Source: a virus
Reading direction: 5' to 3' (one strand)
IMG/VR virus record: IMGVR_UViG_3300023184_000039
Location: 64,001-128,000 of that record
DNA: 64,000 nucleotides
Shown here: positions 44,501 through 53,066 of the stretch, piece after piece
How positions within the stretch are numbered: position 1 is the stretch's first letter
How the letters are laid out: each line of letters begins with the position of its first letter
The notes under the pieces: model-generated
The model's input: only the letters and a program-made list of their open reading frames with translations
Databases searched by the model: none
Told to the model about the DNA's origin: nothing
Made by a program: the position numbers and the translations under genes

Positions 44501-46606
44501 ACGTGGATGCAATCAGTTATGGGTTCCGGGCCGCTTGGCTCTCGACCAGCCCGGGATGCGCGGCCGCCTCGACCAACGCTAAAAAAACTCAAAAAAGACA
44601 AGCGTTACAAGAAGCTCCCGGATGAAACGGTGAAGCTGTCTGGCAAGGATTACACATTTCATCACGAATCGATTGCGTCTGATACATTTGTCGTCAAACA
44701 CAACGGGACAACAGTGGGAATACTCAACGTCGGAGAAGGTTTAGCCGGAGAGCCGCGAATAAGCAGCCTCACCGTACACGGCAATCACAAGACAAGCGGC
44801 CTCGAACAAGGACTTGTCGAGTTCGCACACGGGTATTATCCATCACTTCGTAGCGGTAAGCGTACGTCTGAAGCATTTGCGGCGCGTCAGTTCCCAGATG
44901 CCTTTGAGGATTTGCCAGATGGTCATTCAATAATCGAACTTCCTGATGGAGTTCCCGGTTCACCAGAGTACGTTACATCTCTTTCTGAACAGCTGAAGCG
45001 CGCTAAACGGGACAAAACCGTTGCTGTGTTTGAGTACAACAATGAAATACGGCGCGTTACTGTTGATGATGTGTACGAACAGAACGGCCAGACGTATATG
45101 AAGGGCTTTGACTCCACTCGAAACGACGGCCGCACATTCCGAGTCGACCGCATCTTTCGACCAAAAACAACAAATGTTGTTACAGAGGACGGCACAAAGA
45201 CAGCCGTCGCAAAGAAGCCAAAAGCCCCACGTAAGCCCGTTGCTCCATACACGGGTAAAGCAGAGGAGTTATTCAAGGGTGCTACAAGTTACCGTGAGGT
45301 ACACGACCGACTCACTACGGGTGAACTGTACTTCTATGACTTTGAGACAACCGGGATAGTCAACCATCCAAACGGTGAAATGAAATCACCCGGTGCGCCA
45401 GTGCAAATTGGGGTAATCAGGGTTGTTGATGGAAAGGTGACCGACCGCCACGATGTCTATATGAACCCAGGAGTCCCGTTAAGTCAGTGGTCTAAAGACA
45501 ACCTCAAGCGAACCGACCCAGACGGAACACAACACCCGCTTACAGATGAGTGGCTTGCAAAGCAGCCCTCAATAGCCGACCAAATCAAGGGAGCTCTTGA
45601 CTTTGTGGGCGGCGAAGGCAAAACATTTGGCGGTCAATACCAGATATTTGACCAAGATGTAATGAGGGAAAATCTTTCACCAGAAGAATTTGCTCGATGG
45701 CAACGTGTTGCAACCGGGTTTATTGATAGCAAGGGTGTTGTTGACCATCTATTCCCTCGATTTGATAAAGATGCGCCGCAAGACAATCGACTTGGAACAA
45801 TGACTAAACACTTCGGAGTCCCGTTGAGCAACTGGCACGACGCATCAGCTGATGCTGAAGCATCTTGGGCTGTAATCGAAGCGGCCGTACGTCGAGCCGC
45901 AGAACGTGAAGAACGCGGGGAGCCGCTACAACAAGGGCTGCGTGACATCGCGGCGACTCGAGCAGCGCACTCTGATTTGATGAAAAAGTACGATAATCAA
46001 CTTAGTGAGTTCCATCAATCTGTCGAACAGATAAAGAAAGAAACAGAGCAAGCATCAAAGGCTCTTGGTTCTCGCTCATCTGATGAAAAGATAACAACCG
46101 GAACACCAAAACTCAAGTACGTTGGCAAGAACACCGGCTCAAATGACTTCGTCAATGAGAACAGCCGCATCGTACAGTTCGGGACTGGCAAGAACACACG
46201 CAACTACTTGCTCTATAACGACCGGGACTCGATATATGTTATTGATTATGATAAATCTGGGCCGCTTGATGGGTTTGAGCCCAGAAAGATGCCAAAAGCT
46301 TGGATTGTTGGAGTTATGACTACCTGGGACAATCCGAGCGATGAAAAGAAACACGAAATATCCAACATTGAGGTAAAGAAATCCCATCAACGCCGCGGAT
46401 TAGCTACAGCAATGATGACTTTCTATCAAGAAGCATTCCCGGAGCGTAACTTGCAGCACTCAGACGTCCTTTCAGAGGACGGTAAGGCATTTAGGGCTGC
46501 AACAGAGGCCGCTGATATTGAAGATGCAGCCATATCCGGTAGAAAATCTGTAGCAAAAGCCGGCAAGGAAGCAGCCCAATCCCTAGCGTCTGCGGGTGCT
46601 AGATAA
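38525..46606 (+). CDS. Second giant polyvalent protein: 3 zincin metallopeptidase domains, ParB-like, WYL-like, DEDDh exonuclease and GNAT domains separated by LGS motifs
   Basis: HEYGH/HEYAH/HEYGH each followed by Y-x-x-x-N-x-x-E-x-x-AE; PIIISKDGYIFDGHHR; F-x-Y...R-x-V...Y-x-x-G...RTFRVDRI; YDFETTG...FD...ID...WHDASAD; ISNIEV-x-x-x-HQRRGLAT-x-M. Confidence 0.88.
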   Translation: MNNLEILLDVKELGRYQRKVMTPLDEAFDPDAIDGDGDGLVQDRTPFERPAIITAITETAQRISQGIRDAGRLNQKRSHNVHRERLRGKSHSEIAETLVPNDYASLASSLTEMAIQDLGVDASPAAIQTWIQGKVFDLTGDATGDVFDFTPKHIRKLRKTVEKHLDELPMFRRLVDDYGMPPFFILKKGDFSGITSHGFGIGVTTGGMGWTDGKGNRIPILRSISLKLGYFDKSGGSNKTKRWLTDTGVRGTVLHEYGHYLAGVLYDDIVSNKYGKWEGSPDVVDFARYINMDSFSISTQNRFPNVDGKVGKSIPDVFSAMFHKPEWDEAWSKGDLPDELPHVLSFYSETNPSEQFAEGMAALLSTDPKQHKLVSPGFEDMVKQLVGLETDVPFQSQGSKYNVDTLDLPQVTQALGSRGRDFTTPSGNKELWHPITKDMDATELAERIHPSSAEELISIMAEENHRITPTSSIEDHKALVGQVLMELFEVKSVKELDSMMDLSKRGDRVGAMEQLLLDNPSLMLLHNQYGAPPLIHLTPEAYDDAARSLEGEFAGIHVIDPRLNIGTILLSPNTTDLLDNYNTPLPLTGETFQELLDNRPLGQRLVLSYAKWRGKYPKSVTYMSIGNNVEQLYAHEYAHYLHEQMTASLPMEGNRERRALLRAYLSATWEEFFAAVDRPDWAEAYTNRRKKDLPDDYPFVDSAYAFSNPLEMFAESFAAATASDPAIRGAVSPEMNRQMAMMLGLDPEQALYEQLVANDDVVSASLDISRPLGSRSKKKDREFWEKMYPDRTAAEWKAIEEKIQQERDNTYLGRPLGSAPSLTASEAIRSLDEVAKIEERDLITTDDPTLRPGVRKLDTKAWDGKDIYQTADAGDALALIANGHYVEMTHEEGLWLALADIGKRWKEIQKSSGKEIKTLNACLFMTVDANGKSNNLFCRGHHDIARLSMPQVGGYMTKENQVLLQAWRSGLTENRGGAHDAFIGGNKAVEAMKELGKGIVEATITEDEWKVLDKKWRKKIETPEERALYFANTYMPLVEADSTPEFIRFLKQKGIGTGDVELVDVFDDVNSTQNELVLDKISGIGGAMLSKYREFQTRREQILSDISLSQTEKDTAIAAALKDFQTIPQMLPIIISKDGYIFDGHHRAFGRRIFESQLNEEELKEVKAMGFQVRRSEANISELLGIGKAYQDHMGVAAAPGGPKKVDLYVDHTEDIGDISNEEWVQHQKEIFDGLDDIVAGYHPADYWKPAGVEELDVEGNVIKRTADSPAIQTGTQSNEPIRKMYRGEARNIFEEGDRQGAMALGSQSEQPSEPSSWMMSIMGSGPNGPLVDVKPPKPDTRTSGFNKKLPRWVSTLLSLHPFIDPEVLQSVRDRTPKPVIPSSYPQVMKMTGKERRLHNTNLKKILDTIELSDDVVKNLSLMGRNNTNARDNAANVYLHSLGVDLNDSKAVEKALNGGFADWMSTKPYSEIETLSEITPREWNKYIDGTPSRGGESDMKELVATLSPMEAREIATSLRDYTRGLERPLTDDESKKLNQIIETPVFRAALGVNDGEDSASVVRSFLWDDADKAERGPLGSMSEAKPVVDYNEARKAGRSKIFRKKYKSRAEMYDGASTEQQVRLSVPRTAEEHHTMMMDATVDRLNLQLKLKNAGISEEPVDVRRFIDMSDPLNPRAKIAAVQPLVDHVIKTAKEYEPDFSPEAIKQAEAMVTQTLNSSPALRHFASEYGLPPVVIGSQNALDRQMVVYALKISKPNQEMNTILDKYQGIRQMMDETRIQEILDDPVAMEKIRKAYDNGTNPIAGAYINAANMLVIYPGSSSHKAFLDGKPIDPAYVPKPGDHTVLDNSIEATLLHEYGHYFDQRVGMLLSEGGLDPESDMAKAYTRLHHSNTLDALTSKRGNPLFTSKDNPVIETTYGQTNTQEMAAEAMSAVFSNNPHAMEMLNKPLLDDVYTLLGIKSSERNGITERDLPWLKDAKDKRSELVGDGAPSTWMQSVMGSGPLGSRPARDARPPRPTLKKLKKDKRYKKLPDETVKLSGKDYTFHHESIASDTFVVKHNGTTVGILNVGEGLAGEPRISSLTVHGNHKTSGLEQGLVEFAHGYYPSLRSGKRTSEAFAARQFPDAFEDLPDGHSIIELPDGVPGSPEYVTSLSEQLKRAKRDKTVAVFEYNNEIRRVTVDDVYEQNGQTYMKGFDSTRNDGRTFRVDRIFRPKTTNVVTEDGTKTAVAKKPKAPRKPVAPYTGKAEELFKGATSYREVHDRLTTGELYFYDFETTGIVNHPNGEMKSPGAPVQIGVIRVVDGKVTDRHDVYMNPGVPLSQWSKDNLKRTDPDGTQHPLTDEWLAKQPSIADQIKGALDFVGGEGKTFGGQYQIFDQDVMRENLSPEEFARWQRVATGFIDSKGVVDHLFPRFDKDAPQDNRLGTMTKHFGVPLSNWHDASADAEASWAVIEAAVRRAAEREERGEPLQQGLRDIAATRAAHSDLMKKYDNQLSEFHQSVEQIKKETEQASKALGSRSSDEKITTGTPKLKYVGKNTGSNDFVNENSRIVQFGTGKNTRNYLLYNDRDSIYVIDYDKSGPLDGFEPRKMPKAWIVGVMTTWDNPSDEKKHEISNIEVKKSHQRRGLATAMMTFYQEAFPERNLQHSDVLSEDGKAFRAATEAADIEDAAISGRKSVAKAGKEAAQSLASAGAR

Positions 46607-46785
46607 TGCCTTCCTACCAGCGTGATGATGATGATATATCATTATGGGGAGAGTATCAAGCGTATTGTCGTTCCCATCTGGGCGTACCAGACGAGTATGA
46701 TGACTGGGTGGCCGATAACCACCTCGAAAAACGTAAGAAACGACGCAGAAAGAACGTAACGTACGATGAGACCAGCGAGTTTTGA
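46606..46785 (+). CDS. Small hypothetical protein (59 aa, below the ORF track cutoff)
   Basis: TAATG overlap with the stop of the giant ORF; MPSYQRDDDDISLWGEY...DETSEF. Confidence 0.45.
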   Translation: MPSYQRDDDDISLWGEYQAYCRSHLGVPDEYDDWVADNHLEKRKKRRRKNVTYDETSEF

Positions 46786-46913
46786 TGACCCAGAAGCTGT
46801 CATAAGGATGGCCAATGCATACGCAAAACGTTTCACACAATCAGTAACAGGCAAAACCCCAGTAGTCCCGAATAGTAAGCCAAACGAGCAAGAACAACCA
46901 AAGGAATCTGACA

Positions 46914-47642
46914 ATGAGAACCAATAGCAACGACCCACAGGACCAAGACGCAACTGCAGCGTGGTATCAGTCAGAGAGTGAAAAGCAACTTGACGAACTT
47001 CTTGCCCTACAAGGAAAGATGGCGCGCGCCTTGCGCAAAGAAGGTGTTCCAGCCGGCGATGATGAGGAAGAAGAAGACGCGGCCATTCAGGGTTCTGGAG
47101 CAAAGAAACGAAAGCCAGCAATTGAGGGCGATGAGGAAGAAGGCGAACAATCATCAGATGACTACAACGAAGCTGATGAAGAGGAAAAAGGAATGATGGG
47201 TATTATTACCAAACCAATCAAAAAGATGATGGGCAAGGCTGCAATGAATCCAGCAGATGAAGAGATGGATGGCGAAATGTCGTCAGATGACTACAACGAA
47301 GACGAAGAAGCAATCGAGCCGACAGATGAAGAACTTGCCGCATCAGCACGCAATCGTGCTCGCAAGGGTGGTTCACAACAAGGTATGGGACGTCCGGGCG
47401 AAAAAGGTATGCCAATGGCACGCAACAAGCGCAACATCATTGAAGGCGGCCGGAGTGGCGATATGGGTGGCGACAATGGGAAACACCCAGATGAGCCAAT
47501 GTCCCGTGATGAGTTGATGAAGCGAATGTTTGGCGGTCGTACAAAGCCTATGAAGGGTCAAGTATCACGAGGCAACAACGGCAACAACGGTCGTGGCGGT
47601 ATGAAGCCGGATGTAAAGCGTCCAAAACCAATGGGTTACTAA
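46914..47642 (+). CDS. Low-complexity acidic/Gly-Met-rich protein
   Basis: AAGGA SD; internal repeat SSDDYNE x2; looks disordered. Confidence 0.6.
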   Translation: MRTNSNDPQDQDATAAWYQSESEKQLDELLALQGKMARALRKEGVPAGDDEEEEDAAIQGSGAKKRKPAIEGDEEEGEQSSDDYNEADEEEKGMMGIITKPIKKMMGKAAMNPADEEMDGEMSSDDYNEDEEAIEPTDEELAASARNRARKGGSQQGMGRPGEKGMPMARNKRNIIEGGRSGDMGGDNGKHPDEPMSRDELMKRMFGGRTKPMKGQVSRGNNGNNGRGGMKPDVKRPKPMGY

Positions 47643-47646
47643 ACCC

Positions 47647-47676
47647 TGTCTCATTAGCGTCCCACCCCACTAAGAT
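47647..47676 (+). promoter_or_regulatory. Tandem-heptamer promoter copy 1
   Basis: TGTCTCATTAGCGTCCCA-N6-TAAGAT. Confidence 0.8.
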
Positions 47677-47721
47677 TGCGTTGCCGCAAGGCACACGACA
47701 TCTACGAAGGGGGTGAACAAA

Positions 47722-47934
47722 ATGGAAACTTGGGAAAAGGAAGGTTTTGCTTCAGAAGAGGCGTACTTGGAAGAGGCATATGCGAGTATAGAAGCCGAGC
47801 AAGAAGCGGAGTTCTGCATGAGCTTCGTCAACGGTGGGGGTCATTCCTCGGATTGGCGAGAGGCTTATCGCCAGTCGCAGATGACCGAGGAGGAGTTCTT
47901 CTTGTACCTCCACGCTCAATTCGGCGAAGTGTGA
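47722..47934 (+). CDS. Small acidic hypothetical protein
   Basis: Downstream of promoter copy 1; GGGGGTG SD. Confidence 0.6.
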   Translation: METWEKEGFASEEAYLEEAYASIEAEQEAEFCMSFVNGGGHSSDWREAYRQSQMTEEEFFLYLHAQFGEV

Positions 47935-47973
47935 CATAACGGGATGCTGGCAGATGGTTGCTAGTATCTCGTT

Positions 47974-48219
47974 ATGAACATATCCACCGAAGAACCAACC
48001 GTCGCCGACCTTCTTGTCGAGCATTATTACACCCTTTCGACTACCGGGGCCAATGCAATCGCTGCAATCTGGGGTGATTTAGCTGATGGCAACTTCAGTG
48101 ACAACCTTGTCGAGTGGGGTATGACTGAGTATCAGTTCATTGCCGCTGTAAATGATTTAGCACTCAACATTGCACATTCTGGGATGCTGTTCCGGGAACG
48201 AGCGGACAAACGTATCTAG
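47974..48219 (+). CDS. Hypothetical protein (leaderless)
   Basis: TG-C-TAGTAT-N6-ATG. Confidence 0.55.
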   Translation: MNISTEEPTVADLLVEHYYTLSTTGANAIAAIWGDLADGNFSDNLVEWGMTEYQFIAAVNDLALNIAHSGMLFRERADKRI

Positions 48220-48536
48220 CCGCGTATTCGGCTGTTACATTCGAGACAAAACTCGGCCCACGGGTAAAATCTACGCATATTCGCTGGATGCTGACAATAC
48301 AGAAGCTCACGCGCGCGAGCGTTCAGGATGTCCCGTATAAACGAAGACACGGTGATATTGAGCTTCTCTGCGGCCTTGCGCCACTCCTCTTTTTCTTCTG
48401 ACGTTACGCGTATCATCACCTGGTTGTCAGCCGGGACATTCCCGGTGTTTGTTTCAGCTACGGGCTTTACGGCCATATCTGCTGTTTTCATACTTTTTGC
48501 CACGTCACTCATTGCTTGCTTTAGTGATTTGTCCAT
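48216..48536 (-). CDS. Ribbon-helix-helix-like DNA-binding protein
   Basis: QVMIRVTSEEKEEWRKAAEKLNITVSSFIRDIL; C-terminal Cys/His. Confidence 0.6.
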   Translation of the reverse strand: MDKSLKQAMSDVAKSMKTADMAVKPVAETNTGNVPADNQVMIRVTSEEKEEWRKAAEKLNITVSSFIRDILNARARELLYCQHPANMRRFYPWAEFCLECNSRIRG

Positions 48537-49140
48537 CTTCGACCATTTCTGCGTCAATTATTTCCTTATCCGATGAACCAGATAGTAGTTCCTTGAACAT
48601 ACCGTGAGGTAGAACTCCAGATGATGTCATCAACTCAATAAGTTTGCGGGCATCTTCTTCGGGACTAAAGCTGTTTACCGGGGCCGACATACCATCCTGG
48701 CCAGCCAATGTAGCTTTGATTACGTTCCCCGCGCCGCTTGATACATCCATCGAAACATTTACGTTCACATTATCCATACCCAGGAGCTTCGTACGTCTGT
48801 CCATTATCGAAAGAACTGCGGTAACCGCCTTTAGGTCTGGCTCTAATTGAAGTTCAGTCCCGTCAGCATCGGTCTGCTTTCGATTTTGCGTCATAGCCCA
48901 GATAGCGGACTGCAGCGCATCAAGCCGCTCAAGCTCAAGCCGCAGCACGTTTGAGTAATCGAGTTGCATTTCCTGGTTCATTTTCGTAAGTTGCCGCTGC
49001 ACGGCCTTGTTGACCGCAATGGTTGTCATATCAAAACGTTTGGCTATTTCTCGAACGCCAAGTCCGGCCTTCTTCATAGCGAATATGCGATAATCACGTT
49101 CGGCAAGGAACTCTCGATTAGTGGCCGGCTTGTTGCTCAT
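48505..49140 (-). CDS. HTH protein, terminase small subunit-like
   Basis: N-terminal HTH (G-x-x-x-REIA-x-x-F); LELERLD-x-L-x-x-x-x-W...D-x-x-AV...I-x-x-RR-x-KLLG-x-D typical of actinophage TerS-like proteins. Confidence 0.6.
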   Translation of the reverse strand: MSNKPATNREFLAERDYRIFAMKKAGLGVREIAKRFDMTTIAVNKAVQRQLTKMNQEMQLDYSNVLRLELERLDALQSAIWAMTQNRKQTDADGTELQLEPDLKAVTAVLSIMDRRTKLLGMDNVNVNVSMDVSSGAGNVIKATLAGQDGMSAPVNSFSPEEDARKLIELMTSSGVLPHGMFKELLSGSSDKEIIDAEMVEDGQITKASNE

Positions 49141-49279
49141 TTTCTGTCAGACCTAATCATCAACACGGCCCAAATCAGCGTGAGAAATAATACGAAATAG
49201 AACATCTTGCTCACGCTCTCGCCTCCGAGTGGTTATGAATCAATACATAAATCATAACACCATTGAGATAGCGAGATAA

Positions 49280-49465
49280 CTAGACGATTTCTTCCCAATC
49301 GTCAATGACCCAATCAAGATAGGTCTGGCCTTGGGCAATCTGCTCTTGTAAAGCGTTCATTACATCTAAGTCAGAGACCTGGTCCGCCATATCAACCTCG
49401 TCTTTGGCCTGAACACGAACGGTCACGGACGTAGTCATTGTGAGAAATACCTCGTAAGTTTTCAT
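49280..49465 (-). CDS. Small hypothetical protein
   Basis: MKTYEVFLT...; GAGG SD within the upstream gene. Confidence 0.5.
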   Translation of the reverse strand: MKTYEVFLTMTTSVTVRVQAKDEVDMADQVSDLDVMNALQEQIAQGQTYLDWVIDDWEEIV

Positions 49466-49466
49466 A

Positions 49467-49610
49467 CTAGATTTCCTCTGCGATTTCGGATACAATTCCC
49501 ATACGCTTTTTGTAAGCCTCATCGGCCAACTCTTGTGCGTGGTAGTAAGCCTCTGCGGCTTCCCAGCCAATGAGATTGTCGCTAAATACTGGTTCTGTGT
49601 GGTTGTTCAT
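49467..49610 (-). CDS. Small leaderless hypothetical protein
   Basis: ATG exactly 6 nt after the -10 of promoter copy 2. Confidence 0.55.
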   Translation of the reverse strand: MNNHTEPVFSDNLIGWEAAEAYYHAQELADEAYKKRMGIVSEIAEEI

Positions 49611-49616
49611 ACTCAA

Positions 49617-49646
49617 ATCATACTCACTTGGGACGCTAGTGAGACA
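49617..49646 (-). promoter_or_regulatory. Tandem-heptamer promoter copy 2
   Basis: TGTCTCACTAGCGTCCCA-N6-TATGAT-N6-ATG. Confidence 0.85.
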
Positions 49647-49647
49647 G

Positions 49648-51429
49648 TTAGTCGTACTCCAGATACTCCAGCACCGTGAAAGCGAAACGTTCAGACTTAT
49701 CGGCCCGACGCAGTAAGGTCGGCCACTTGCGCTGGTCTCTAGCTCCCCTGAAATGTCGAACTTCATAGGTAAATGGAGCTCCTGTTGGGACCGGAGACAT
49801 CGAGATGCCAAACTCCGGCCAACGTGACCACACGCTGCTTCCAAATGGCCGTAAATCGCGTGTTGCCATCGTAGTCCCGAGTGGTGCGTGATGCTCAAAC
49901 CACATTGCGCACTTATACGTGACACGCAGCGAGTCTAAATATCGAGCTATCTCGACAGCAATGGCATCAGACGTGCGGCCGCCTGGGTCTATGTATGCCT
50001 TGTACAGCGGCCCCATACATATAAGTTCAGGCTGCACAATTTCTATCTGTTTTTCGAGCAGCGCGCGGTCAGCGGCTTTGAGTAAATCAAGGCCGCCTGG
50101 CTTTGCATACAAACGTGCAAGATTATGCGGCTGCTTTCCGGTCCGCGCCCCATCAGAAATCATCTTTTTTGACATACGTCGAATGATTGTCTCTGGGTTC
50201 TCCAAGTCAACCGTAAGCGTTACAACGGGACGAATGGGTTGATACGTGAACGGGTGTATTCCAGCTCCGGCCGTGATGGCTATTTGCCGCATAAGCATAG
50301 TTTTACCAACGCCTTCGGCCGCCACAACAATCACACGTTCTCCGCGCTCAAGAAGACCGGGTATAACCCAGTCGTAATCATCATTTTCTGCTTCTTTTAC
50401 AAAATCTTCCCAAACAACTAAGCGGCCCGCATCGAGCGGCTCTTCAGCTGTAGCTGAGTTCGTAATCATCGACATTTTTGCTATTTTTTGCTGCGACGTC
50501 AGGTCCTCTCGACTAAATACTTCTCCAAGTCGAGTGAGTGCGCGGGTGAACGCATCTTCTGTTTCCACAACCACTTGTTCCATCGGGACTTCATCAGTAT
50601 CTACGTGCAGCGTAAAATCGAGCGCAAGCGGCACAAGCTCTTCCATCTTCCCGCCCGCCGCTAAGTGGTCAGAAATATCCTTATTTTTGGGACAAATCCA
50701 AACAGCTACGTCGCAGCCCGCTTCTGTTAGCTGCGTGAATACGTTAAGTGCGTGTTGCTTTCCAGCATCATCATTATCAGCAATGATGTCAATCGTTCCA
50801 CCACCAGTAAGCGTCTCTGTATGAATATCAAGCCATTTTCCGGGACCAGCGCCGCCCGGCATCGTCGTAGCCACAATCCCCATAGATATTAATGTTTCTG
50901 CGTCTTTTTCTCCTTCGACAACAAAGATGCTTGACCCGGCGGCAACAGCGGCCGCGACTGCGGGTAAGTTATACAACACTTTTGGCGTATCTCCGAGTGA
51001 ATACTCCCAACCGCCACTTCCATCGGGACGGCGTTGACGAAACGTCTTGCGGCCATCCTGGTCAACGTATCGAATCTTCTCAAACAGCAACTCTCCGAGC
51101 GCATCCTGGTACTCGTACGTAGCAACTTTTGTCAGTTTCTGTTCTTTTTTCACCGGCACCGCGGGCGTGTTTACGGGCTGCATACTCACCTGACGTGATA
51201 AATCATCCGGGAACAAATCATTCATCTTTATTCCTAATGTTTCACATATTTTGTCCGCACTGCAGCCGCCTGTGCCGCGAAAACAATGGAAAACGATGTG
51301 TTCGTCCCGTATCCCAACAGCCAATGATGGACTGTTGTCATCAAGGCGGCACGGGCAACGCGCTTGCCATTGGCCGTTACTTCCAGTTACGCCGTCAAGC
51401 CGCGCAAGTACGTCGTCAATGTGAATCAA
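49648..51429 (-). CDS. Primase-helicase (Zn finger + TOPRIM + RecA-like AAA_25)
   Basis: CPC...D-x-x-PSL...HCF; VVEGEKDA; ADNDDAG; Walker A AAEGVGKT; FGSS-x-W. Confidence 0.88.
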   Translation of the reverse strand: MIHIDDVLARLDGVTGSNGQWQARCPCRLDDNSPSLAVGIRDEHIVFHCFRGTGGCSADKICETLGIKMNDLFPDDLSRQVSMQPVNTPAVPVKKEQKLTKVATYEYQDALGELLFEKIRYVDQDGRKTFRQRRPDGSGGWEYSLGDTPKVLYNLPAVAAAVAAGSSIFVVEGEKDAETLISMGIVATTMPGGAGPGKWLDIHTETLTGGGTIDIIADNDDAGKQHALNVFTQLTEAGCDVAVWICPKNKDISDHLAAGGKMEELVPLALDFTLHVDTDEVPMEQVVVETEDAFTRALTRLGEVFSREDLTSQQKIAKMSMITNSATAEEPLDAGRLVVWEDFVKEAENDDYDWVIPGLLERGERVIVVAAEGVGKTMLMRQIAITAGAGIHPFTYQPIRPVVTLTVDLENPETIIRRMSKKMISDGARTGKQPHNLARLYAKPGGLDLLKAADRALLEKQIEIVQPELICMGPLYKAYIDPGGRTSDAIAVEIARYLDSLRVTYKCAMWFEHHAPLGTTMATRDLRPFGSSVWSRWPEFGISMSPVPTGAPFTYEVRHFRGARDQRKWPTLLRRADKSERFAFTVLEYLEYD

Positions 51430-51764
51430 CGGGACTCTGGCTTTCCACTCATATCACGACGATAACTCGTACGCACACCAGGAAGCAAATCACGCTCAAA
51501 TGTTTGTATTTTGATGCCGCGTTCTCTCCGGGTATAAAAACGCTCACGTTCATCTTGCCCGCCCCAAACTCCAAGCGGCTCGTGTACGAGTGAATATTCT
51601 AAACAATTACTTACAACAGAACATCCAGAACAAATCAATTTAGCGGCAGTAACTTTTTGTCGGTCTTCTCGTATTTTCACATTTTGTGGAAAGAACAACG
51701 TTGTGTCTTGTCCTTTACAGGCCGCCTGGTTCATAAACGAAACATTAACTTCAGTAATAATCAT
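51426..51764 (-). CDS. whiB: WhiB-family transcription factor
   Basis: AAC...FFP...AK-x-IC-x-x-C-x-V-x-x-x-CL...GVWGG...ER. Confidence 0.9.
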   Translation of the reverse strand: MIITEVNVSFMNQAACKGQDTTLFFPQNVKIREDRQKVTAAKLICSGCSVVSNCLEYSLVHEPLGVWGGQDERERFYTRRERGIKIQTFERDLLPGVRTSYRRDMSGKPESR

Positions 51765-51778
51765 TTCCCCCTCTTTCG

Positions 51779-52183
51779 TTACTGTCCCGTCATTTTACTC
51801 ACATCCCCACGAGAAAGAAAAATCGTTACTACTCTCTGCCCAGTTGGTTCATTGATTGTTACATCAATTGCATCCAAAGGCAACCCCAATCGTTTAGATA
51901 TTTCAGCTTTTACTTTTGCTTGAGCTTCCAGCGACGCAATGATGTCTTCGTCAATATTTTCTAAATCATTTGCGGGTGCCGGGTTGAGGGCTAACAAATC
52001 TCGACGTTTATCGACAACTCGCAAACACCACGCGCACGCAAGCTTGGGCGCTGTGGACTTTCTCTCTCGAATCTCAACGTGCCCGCACTCGAGCGTGTGT
52101 TGATACTTTACTGCCCCCCACGTACCAACGCGGCTAATCATCGTGATTTTGCGGCGCGGGGCTTTCCTGTGTTCTGTGGTCAT
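51779..52183 (-). CDS. Hypothetical protein (LECGH...CAWC)
   Basis: Leaderless TAATGT-N6-ATG; Zn-ribbon-like residues. Confidence 0.55.
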   Translation of the reverse strand: MTTEHRKAPRRKITMISRVGTWGAVKYQHTLECGHVEIRERKSTAPKLACAWCLRVVDKRRDLLALNPAPANDLENIDEDIIASLEAQAKVKAEISKRLGLPLDAIDVTINEPTGQRVVTIFLSRGDVSKMTGQ

Positions 52184-52195
52184 ACTTAGACATTA

Positions 52196-52233
52196 GTCCC
52201 GTTGGTGGAGGTGAAAATCCACACCAACGGGAC
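52196..52233 (-). terminator. Hairpin downstream of ssb
   Basis: GTCCCGTTGGTG...CACCAACGGGAC 12-bp stem; no clear U-tract. Confidence 0.5.
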
Positions 52234-52262
52234 CTTTGTCTTCTAGTTCTTACGCTAGATGG

Positions 52263-52718
52263 TTAGAAAGGTTCTGATTCAGTCTCAACTCCGACGCCAG
52301 CCATTGCTCGTTGACGTTGTGGTTGTGCTGCTTGTTTTGGTGCCGCTGCACCATCGGTATTTGATGCTTTACGTCGCTCGATGGACTCGATGCTACGGGT
52401 CAAGATGGCAATATCTTCGGCTACAAGCTCAGTCACGCTGCGCTTGTTTCCTTCTTTGTCATCGTATGAACGTTGTTCCAAACGTCCGTAAACCATTACG
52501 CCAATGCCCTTTTCGGCAACGCGCGCAAAGTTTTCTGCTACCCAACGCCAGGCTACAACGTTAATGAACGAAACTTTTTCTTGTTTCGCATTTTTGTCGT
52601 CGTACCAGACGTAGTTGACCGCAACCGAAAAGGTTGCTTTTGGTGTCCCGCTTGGTAAGAATACCAATTCCGGGTCGGCTGTAATATTGCCGATGATTAC
52701 TGTCGGTGACAGATTCAT
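52263..52718 (-). CDS. ssb: Single-stranded DNA-binding protein
   Basis: GN-x-T-x-DPEL-x-F-x-PSG...F-x-VAVN...W...AEN...KG...GRL-x-QR; acidic EPF tail; AAGGAG SD. Confidence 0.93.
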   Translation of the reverse strand: MNLSPTVIIGNITADPELVFLPSGTPKATFSVAVNYVWYDDKNAKQEKVSFINVVAWRWVAENFARVAEKGIGVMVYGRLEQRSYDDKEGNKRSVTELVAEDIAILTRSIESIERRKASNTDGAAAPKQAAQPQRQRAMAGVGVETESEPF

Positions 52719-52790
52719 TTATTTCTCCTTGTCTCGTGTGTTTCTTGCTAGGCTATTACCATACCACCACCTAGTGACAAAGGACAACAC

Positions 52791-53066
52791 GTGACACCAA
52801 TCGAACAAGCAGAAGCAAAATTGGTTATTCTGGAACATCTTGAGGAACTCCTGGCTGACCTCACAATGGGTGACGATGAGGAAGATATGTCTGACAAGGA
52901 GATGGGTGAATATCTTGACGCAATGATGAAACTCGGTGCGGCCATACTTGAATCTCTTTCATTTGAGATTATTTCAGTAAATGACGGGACTTACACAGTA
53001 AGCATCAAACCCCTTGATATCCCTACGTTTGTTGATGAATACACATCTCGGCCTATCGTTAAATAA
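52791..53066 (+). CDS. Acidic hypothetical protein
   Basis: AAGGA SD, GTG start. Confidence 0.55.
   Translation: MTPIEQAEAKLVILEHLEELLADLTMGDDEEDMSDKEMGEYLDAMMKLGAAILESLSFEIISVNDGTYTVSIKPLDIPTFVDEYTSRPIVK

Noticed and set aside
401-46390. Numerous 60-190 aa antisense or alternate-frame ORFs within large genes
   Set aside because: No motifs or start signals; expected shadows of long coding regions (35402-35749 is the exception kept)
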